Assembly: GCA_964588735.1 (NCBI GenBank)
Contig: CAZPQF010000002.1
Coordinates: 1 to 18,163 of the forward strand
Length of the DNA stretch: 18,163 nt
DNA from: Candidatus Woesearchaeota archaeon
Lineage (GTDB): Archaea; Nanobdellota; Nanobdellia; Pacearchaeales; GW2011-AR1
Direction of reading: 5' to 3'
The notes below the pieces were generated by a model. The model was not told the DNA's origin, made no database searches, and saw only the letters and a program-made list of their open reading frames with translations. Below, one piece after another: positions 8,063 to 13,098 of this stretch. Every line of letters starts with the position of its first letter. Positions within the stretch are counted from its first letter, which is position 1. A program made the position numbers and the translations under genes.

Positions 8063-8134
8063 GATAAAAATTCTTAAATAGTACTAATTTATAAATATTG
8101 TTGTAATGTAATAACTATAAAATTACAAATTAAA
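8063..8134. promoter_or_regulatory. Divergent promoter region between the two biosynthetic-looking operons
   Basis: A 72-nt A+T-rich spacer separates ATG 8062 (-) from ATG 8135 (+). It contains TATAAA/TATAAT-like hexamers and a 7-bp inverted repeat, TTGTAAT(8101-8107)/ATTACAA(8122-8128). The promoter role is inferred from gene geometry only. Confidence 0.35.
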
Positions 8135-9334
8135 ATGATGAATACATTAAAAAATAGTATAAGAAAAAAAATAGTTCATAAACTTAAAAACAATAATGAA
8201 ATTTTAGTCAGTGATACTACTTTAAGAGATGGTGAGCAAATGCCAGAAGTATTTTTTACTCCTGAAGAAAAAACAGAAATTGCTAAATATTTAAAAAATC
8301 TGGGTGTCCACTCAATAGATGCTGGTTTTCCTATAGTATCAGAAGGAGAAAGAGTCGCAATAAAAAAAGTTGTTAAAAATGTAAAAGGAATTACCAAACC
8401 AGTTATTACTACTTTATCCAGAGCAAAAAAACAAGATATAGATGCTTCATATGATGTTCTAAAAGATTTAAATGTAATGAGGAGAGGAATATCTATTTTT
8501 TTAGGGAGTTCTCCACAGCATAGAAGAAAATTGGGCAAAACTAAGAAAGAAATTGTAGAAATGATTAGGAACTCTGTAGAATATGCTAAAAATTATTTTG
8601 ATATAATCTCTTTTTCCCCAGAAGATGCTTCTAGAACTGAATTTGAATTTTTAAAAGAGATATATGAGCAGGCAATAGAATCAGGAGCATCTGCAATAGG
8701 TTTTACAGATACAGTTGGAATTTTAACTCCAGAAAAAACTAAAGAATATATAAATTTTATAGGAAGAAATGTTAAAGGATTAGAAGATGTTGTTTTGGCA
8801 GTTCATTTTCATAATGATTTAGGTTTGGCTGTAGCAAATACTTTAGAAGCAATAAAAACAAATTATGTAAGTATTTTTCAGGGAACAATAGGAGGAATTG
8901 GTGAAAGATCTGGGAATACTGCAATTGAACCAGTAATTATGGCCTTAGAAATGCATAAAGATGAATATAAAAAGAAAACTAAAATTAAAACTGAATTATT
9001 GACTGAGAGCTATAATCTGGTGAGAAGACTTTCTCAAATTGGATTTAATCCTTTTAATCCAATTGTAGGTGAAAATATATTTAGAACAGAAGCAGGAATT
9101 CATCAAGATGGTATTTTAAAAAATCCCGACACCTATGAAATTTTTTCTCCTGAAAAAGTCGGGCAATCAAGAGAGTTTGTTATAGGAAAACATTCTGGAA
9201 GACATGCTATTATTAATATAGAAGGAAGAGAAGAAAAAATCTACTCCCAAGTTAAAAATTATTGTGATAATAATGGAATTATTTCAGATTCGCAATTATT
9301 AGGAATTATAGAAAAGGTTAATGAAAATTCTTAA
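8135..9334 (+). CDS. LeuA/NifV/CimA-family 2-oxoacid:acetyl-CoA condensing enzyme (homocitrate / citramalate / 2-isopropylmalate synthase-like, DRE-TIM metallolyase), lacking the LeuA C-terminal regulatory domain
   Basis: 399 aa. Motifs present are SDTTLRDGEQ, IDAGFP, FSPEDASRT, VHFHNDLGLAVANTLEAI, GIGERSGNTAIE and RTEAGIHQDGILKNPDTYEIFSPEKVG...GKHSGRHAI. The length matches short NifV/CimA-like members rather than full LeuA. Confidence 0.85.
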   Translation: MMNTLKNSIRKKIVHKLKNNNEILVSDTTLRDGEQMPEVFFTPEEKTEIAKYLKNLGVHSIDAGFPIVSEGERVAIKKVVKNVKGITKPVITTLSRAKKQDIDASYDVLKDLNVMRRGISIFLGSSPQHRRKLGKTKKEIVEMIRNSVEYAKNYFDIISFSPEDASRTEFEFLKEIYEQAIESGASAIGFTDTVGILTPEKTKEYINFIGRNVKGLEDVVLAVHFHNDLGLAVANTLEAIKTNYVSIFQGTIGGIGERSGNTAIEPVIMALEMHKDEYKKKTKIKTELLTESYNLVRRLSQIGFNPFNPIVGENIFRTEAGIHQDGILKNPDTYEIFSPEKVGQSREFVIGKHSGRHAIINIEGREEKIYSQVKNYCDNNGIISDSQLLGIIEKVNENS

Positions 9335-9345
9335 AGATAGGCAAA

Positions 9346-10395
9346 ATGAAAAAATTGAAAAAAAAATTAATTGCAAGTCTAATTTGCTTAAGTGGAATAA
9401 CATTACAAAATTGTGCATCTCTAAGTTATTCAAAAACATTAGAAAGAATTATTAAACAAAACCATAATCAAATATTGATTGATAGAAGAAAAGAAAAAAC
9501 AGTAAAAAGAGAAAAAATCCCTTTTGATAAGTTTAATACAATTATTGGTTTTGGAAGAAATAGAAAGGTAAATCTTGAAGTATATAAGTCCAGAGAAGCA
9601 TTTTCAAATATAATTCTACTGCCTACTTTAGGAGAACCTATAAGTTCTTTGAATAATTTTTCTTCAGAAATGGCTTTATATAGACATAATATATTTGCTT
9701 TAGATATAGAAGGTTTTGGAAAAAGTTCTGGAAAAAGAGGGGAAATAATATGGCCTAAAATTAAACAAGATATTTCTAAAACAATTGAGCATATTAAATC
9801 AAAAAATAACAAAAAAATTATATTGGCTGGAACGAGTATTGGAAGCGAATATTCTTTGTTATATTCAATAGAAGGCAAATATAAAAATTCAATAGATGCA
9901 GTTATTGCTCATGGGCTTTATGGCTTTAATTTTAATATACCTTATTCTGATTTTAGAGCAGATTTTTGTAAAACATGTATTGGAAGTGTTTTAGTTGATT
10001 TGTTTGGAGGGGAAAGTTTAGATATTTTTAATAGATTAGGGAAAAAAAATTTTTATAATAATAAAGATAAATTTAAAGAAATAATTGAAAATGACCCTGA
10101 TTATGCAAAAAAAATAGATTTAAACTCTTATTTAGATTTTATAAATTATAAACCAAAAAAGGAGCTATCCTCCTATAATGGGAATATTCTTTTGATAGTT
10201 TCTAAAGATGATAAAATTATTTCTTTTAAAAGAAGTTTGAGTGTTTATAATTTTTTAAAAAAACAAAATTTAAATACCTATCTTTATATTCCACAAGGAA
10301 AAAATAAAAATAATGAAGTTCCACATATGGCATTTGATACAAATTATAAAGAAATCACTAAAAATATAGACGCTTTTTTGAGAAATATAAGATAA
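9346..10395 (+). CDS. Lipoprotein alpha/beta hydrolase (lysophospholipase-like)
   Basis: 349 aa. The signal peptide with lipobox-like Cys is KKLIASLICLSGITLQNC|A. The nucleophile elbow is GTSIG (ILAGTSIGSEYS), the acid is in VSKDDKII and the His in EVPHMAF. Confidence 0.8.
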   Translation: MKKLKKKLIASLICLSGITLQNCASLSYSKTLERIIKQNHNQILIDRRKEKTVKREKIPFDKFNTIIGFGRNRKVNLEVYKSREAFSNIILLPTLGEPISSLNNFSSEMALYRHNIFALDIEGFGKSSGKRGEIIWPKIKQDISKTIEHIKSKNNKKIILAGTSIGSEYSLLYSIEGKYKNSIDAVIAHGLYGFNFNIPYSDFRADFCKTCIGSVLVDLFGGESLDIFNRLGKKNFYNNKDKFKEIIENDPDYAKKIDLNSYLDFINYKPKKELSSYNGNILLIVSKDDKIISFKRSLSVYNFLKKQNLNTYLYIPQGKNKNNEVPHMAFDTNYKEITKNIDAFLRNIR

Positions 10396-10396
10396 A

Positions 10397-11020
10397 ATGA
10401 TTCACTTAAATAATAAGAACACAAAGGAAAGATTTGATAGTTGGGCTAAAAATTATGATAGAAGCATATTTAGTGGTTTTTTTAATTATGTCCAACATAG
10501 AGTTATTAAATCTCTAAATCCTAAAAAAGGAGATAAAATATTAGATATTGGGTGCGGAACAGGTATTTTATTGGATAAAATAAATAGAATCATTGATAAC
10601 GAGGGAAAATTAGTTGGAATTGATCTTTCAGAAGAAATGATAAAAGAAGCAAGAAAAAAAAGAACAAAAAATATTGATTTTTTAGTTTCAAATGCAGCTG
10701 AGCTTAAATTTGAAGATAATTATTTTGATGCTGTGACAAATACAATCTCTTTTCATCATTATCCTAATCAATTAAAAACTTTAGGGGAGATAAACAGGGT
10801 TTTAAAACCTGAGGGGAAGTTATATTTAGCAGACCACAGCTTTAGTTATCCGCCAGGTTTTGTATATATGATGAATCCTCTAATGAATCTATTTGAAGGC
10901 CCAATAAAGATTAATGGAAGAAGAAAAATGAAAAAAATGTTAAAAGAAACCGGATTTAATCCATTATCTGTAAATAATTTGGCATTTATTGCTAGTTTAT
11001 ATATTGCTGAAAAAAATTAA
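10397..11020 (+). CDS. Class I SAM-dependent methyltransferase (Methyltransf_11/UbiE-like)
   Basis: 207 aa. Motif I is ILDIGCGTGILL. The post-I acidic residue is in VGIDLSEEM, and the motif III region is VLKPEGKLYLAD. The junction with the upstream gene is TAA-A-ATG. Confidence 0.85.
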   Translation: MIHLNNKNTKERFDSWAKNYDRSIFSGFFNYVQHRVIKSLNPKKGDKILDIGCGTGILLDKINRIIDNEGKLVGIDLSEEMIKEARKKRTKNIDFLVSNAAELKFEDNYFDAVTNTISFHHYPNQLKTLGEINRVLKPEGKLYLADHSFSYPPGFVYMMNPLMNLFEGPIKINGRRKMKKMLKETGFNPLSVNNLAFIASLYIAEKN

Positions 11021-11041
11021 AGTAAATTTTTAAATTGAAGA

Positions 11042-11063
11042 ATCCCACCCTAAAAGGCGGGGT
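11042..11063 (+). terminator. Weak G+C-rich stem-loop after the methyltransferase gene (possible operon boundary)
   Basis: AUCCCACC-CUAAAA-GGCGGGGU can fold as about 7 bp with one A/C mismatch and one G-U pair. It is the only G+C-rich patch in this spacer. No U-tract follows, so it is not a canonical intrinsic terminator. Confidence 0.2.
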
Positions 11064-11075
11064 ATTGATAATAAA

Positions 11076-11204
11076 ATGTTAAAAATAACAAATTCAGAGT
11101 TGAGAAGAGTTTTTGATATTCAAAAAGAAATATTAAATTTTGGGGGCAGTGATTTTTCTCTAAACTTAAAAGTTAGGTATCTTTGCTGTGGGTGTAATGA
11201 ATAA
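11076..11204 (+). CDS. Candidate small ORF (42 aa): peptide with a Gly-Gly-terminated leader-like N-half and a Cys-rich tail
   Basis: My own translation is ATG 11076 ... TAA 11202-11204 = MLKITNSELRRVFDIQKEILNFGGSDFSLNLKVRYLCCGCNE. It is absent from the supplied track because it is below the size cut-off. Its stop overlaps ATG 11197 of the next gene (ATGAATAA). G+C-rich codons cluster exactly at GG and CCGC. There is no homology evidence. Confidence 0.3.
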   Translation: MLKITNSELRRVFDIQKEILNFGGSDFSLNLKVRYLCCGCNE

Positions 11205-12171
11205 AAAAATTTTGAGTGCTTTGTTAATAGGGGCATTTATAGCAGAAGCAGATATTAATTTAATTTATACCAAGAATATTCCAAATAATGTTAAAGAAAA
11301 TATGGGAAAATTAACAACAATTACTAATGAAGAACCAGAAAAAACAAAAAAAAGAAGTGCAGATGAAATTCTACAGCAGAGTTTGACTAGGAAATATAAG
11401 TCAAATAATTTAGAAAAAACTTTGACAGATTGGTCTGTAAATCCAGCAAAAAACTTTACAGTAAAAGATAATTTTCCAAAAATACTCAAAAAATATAAAG
11501 GTAAAGATAAAGATGAATTAATGAAAAAATACCAGATTATTTGGAATTATGATTTTGATGCTGTTTATTGGGTTATTGAAAAAATGAGGAAAATATCTGA
11601 AGATTCTCAGGATAAATTAGAACATTATGGAATGCAGAATTATTTAGAAAAAAATATTTCTGATAAGATGTTTATTTTGGATTATGCTTTGGAGTTATAT
11701 ATAAAAAAAAGAGAGCCAAAAATGAGAAAAATAAATGAATTAGCTTTAAAATCGCAGAAAGCACTTCAAATATTAGCTGAAGAAAATCCTGCCCCTATTA
11801 TCAATATTAATCCAGTAAATTATCTTTCTGATGAATGTATAAAAACAAGAGGAGGGATAATTTTAAGTAAGGTTAAGGATAATTTAAGATTATTTAATTC
11901 AAGTGAACAATTTGATAATTATAAAGATTTAATTAAAAATACATATACTTCTGAGCAATATAGAGAATTCTTAAGAGAAGTTATAAAAACCAATAAATCC
12001 TATTTTGAAGCAATAAACAAAAGCAGGAAAGAACTTCCTTTTATTAAAAAATGGACCTATCCTTTTGTGAAAAGTGAAATCAATGGAGAAACAGAAAATG
12101 CTTATAAAATTGTAGTTGAGTTATGTAATATTTTATATAAGGAGACTTATGGGAAAAAAAGAGAAAATTAA
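11197..12171 (+). CDS. Secreted hypothetical protein
   Basis: The track ORF starts at GTG 11188. ATG 11197 gives a textbook Sec signal peptide, MNKKILSALLIGAFIAEA|D (KK n-region, hydrophobic core, AxA site). The mature part is Lys/Glu/Asn-rich and I recognise no motif. Confidence 0.7.
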   Translation: MNKKILSALLIGAFIAEADINLIYTKNIPNNVKENMGKLTTITNEEPEKTKKRSADEILQQSLTRKYKSNNLEKTLTDWSVNPAKNFTVKDNFPKILKKYKGKDKDELMKKYQIIWNYDFDAVYWVIEKMRKISEDSQDKLEHYGMQNYLEKNISDKMFILDYALELYIKKREPKMRKINELALKSQKALQILAEENPAPIININPVNYLSDECIKTRGGIILSKVKDNLRLFNSSEQFDNYKDLIKNTYTSEQYREFLREVIKTNKSYFEAINKSRKELPFIKKWTYPFVKSEINGETENAYKIVVELCNILYKETYGKKREN

Positions 12172-12530
12172 GAATATAGCATATAAAACAGCAATGTTTA
12201 TTCCAAATTTAGCAAATTATTTGTATTTTGCACCTACTACAATAAGAAGAAAAGAAAGATATGAAGACAATACAAATATTCTTGAAAAAACAATTGGAGG
12301 AAGTATAATTGGAAGTTCAACTAATCTAATAACATATTCTTTAGTAGGCAGTATAGGAAAGTTTAGAGATTCTAATACACTGCTTTTTTTTAGGCGCAAT
12401 ATCTGCTCCTTTAATAACTAATTCTATCTCAGGAAGTTATGAATATATTAAGAAAAAAATAAATAAGAAAAAAAATTCAAAAAATCAAAATAATGAATTA
12501 GAGAAAATTATTTATGAAAAAGATAATTAA
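12149..12530 (+). pseudogene. Small membrane protein interrupted at a T8 tract (frameshift, sequencing error, or slippage/recoding site)
   Basis: ATG 12149 is preceded by the only strong Shine-Dalgarno in the window (AAGGAG 12139-12144). As written, the frame stops at 12421 (90 aa). After the T8 run (12384-12391), the +1 frame continues as GAISAPLITNSISGSYEYIKKKINKKKNSKNQNNELEKIIYEKDN* to TAA 12528-12530. That is a hydrophobic segment plus a basic tail, and it ends in a TAA-A-ATG junction with ATG 12532 of the next gene. Confidence 0.45.
12384..12391 (+). repeat. T8 homopolymer at the frame break of the 12149 gene
   Basis: Counted directly: ctgc-tttttttt-aggcgc. Removing one T, or a +1 shift at UUU-AGG-C, fuses the two frames. 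Confidence 0.9.
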
Positions 12531-13098
12531 AATGGAGAGTAAAAAACTGAAGAAAATCAAGGCAATTGCCTTAAGCAGAAAAATAGGAGAAAATTTTATT
12601 AAACAAGGATATGGACCAGAAATAGTTGAAAAGTATAGAAGAGGGGCATTTGCTAGAGAGATAAGTAAAGAATTTACTCGAAGTTTAGAAGTTGAGAATG
12701 GAATTGCAACAGCAGCTATTTTTTATGTATTGAAAAGATTGTTAGATAAAGAAGAAAAAAGGAAATTAGGTTTGGAACATAAAATAAAAAATTCAAGAAA
12801 AAACATAGAAAAAATAAACAAAGAAAAGAAATCATGGGTATATAATCCAAAAATTCGGGAGGGAATATTTAAAAAATTAACAATTGCAGCAGGAAAGAAT
12901 CCTTGGTCAGAAGAAGAAAGAAACAATTTAGCAGAAATGGTTCTTTCTGAAGATTATAAAAAATCAGGAAAGCCATATCCAGATTACCAGGAAATCGCTG
13001 ATAGATTAAATAAAAAATATCATTCTGGGAAAAAGATAAGAAATAGAGAGAAAGTAAAAACATATGTTAGATTTATGAGAAGAAAAAGAATATTGTAA
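12514..13098 (+). CDS. Highly basic hypothetical protein with a SANT/Myb-like helix-turn-helix signature (putative DNA-binding)
   Basis: 194 aa, about 30% K+R. The C-terminal half, NPWSEEERNNLAEMVLSEDYKKSGKPYPDYQEIADRLNKKYHSGKKIRNREKVKTYVRFM, follows the W-x-EE-x2-L...(W/Y)-x2-IA-x2-L...R-x3-(V)-x3-(W/Y) spacing of Myb/SANT repeats. An alternative start is ATG 12532 (MESKKL...). Confidence 0.6.
   Translation: MKKIIKMESKKLKKIKAIALSRKIGENFIKQGYGPEIVEKYRRGAFAREISKEFTRSLEVENGIATAAIFYVLKRLLDKEEKRKLGLEHKIKNSRKNIEKINKEKKSWVYNPKIREGIFKKLTIAAGKNPWSEEERNNLAEMVLSEDYKKSGKPYPDYQEIADRLNKKYHSGKKIRNREKVKTYVRFMRRKRIL

Noticed and set aside
8101-8128. A 7-bp inverted repeat, TTGTAAT-N14-ATTACAA, lies in the divergent control region between the two operons. 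I considered it as a possible operator.
   Set aside because: It is too short to be significant in >85% A+T DNA. No second copy exists elsewhere in the window and no regulator gene is adjacent. It is mentioned only in the feature evidence.
11188-11196. GTG 11188 is the start of the 327-aa track ORF.
   Set aside because: ATG 11197 yields a canonical signal peptide beginning MNKK. The three extra residues (MGV) add nothing, and GTG starts are otherwise rare here.
12116-12148. TTG 12116 is the start of the 101-aa track ORF.
   Set aside because: ATG 12149 has a perfect AAGGAG 4 nt upstream. The 11 extra residues (SYVIFYIRRL) would lie deep inside the preceding gene and look like out-of-frame translation.
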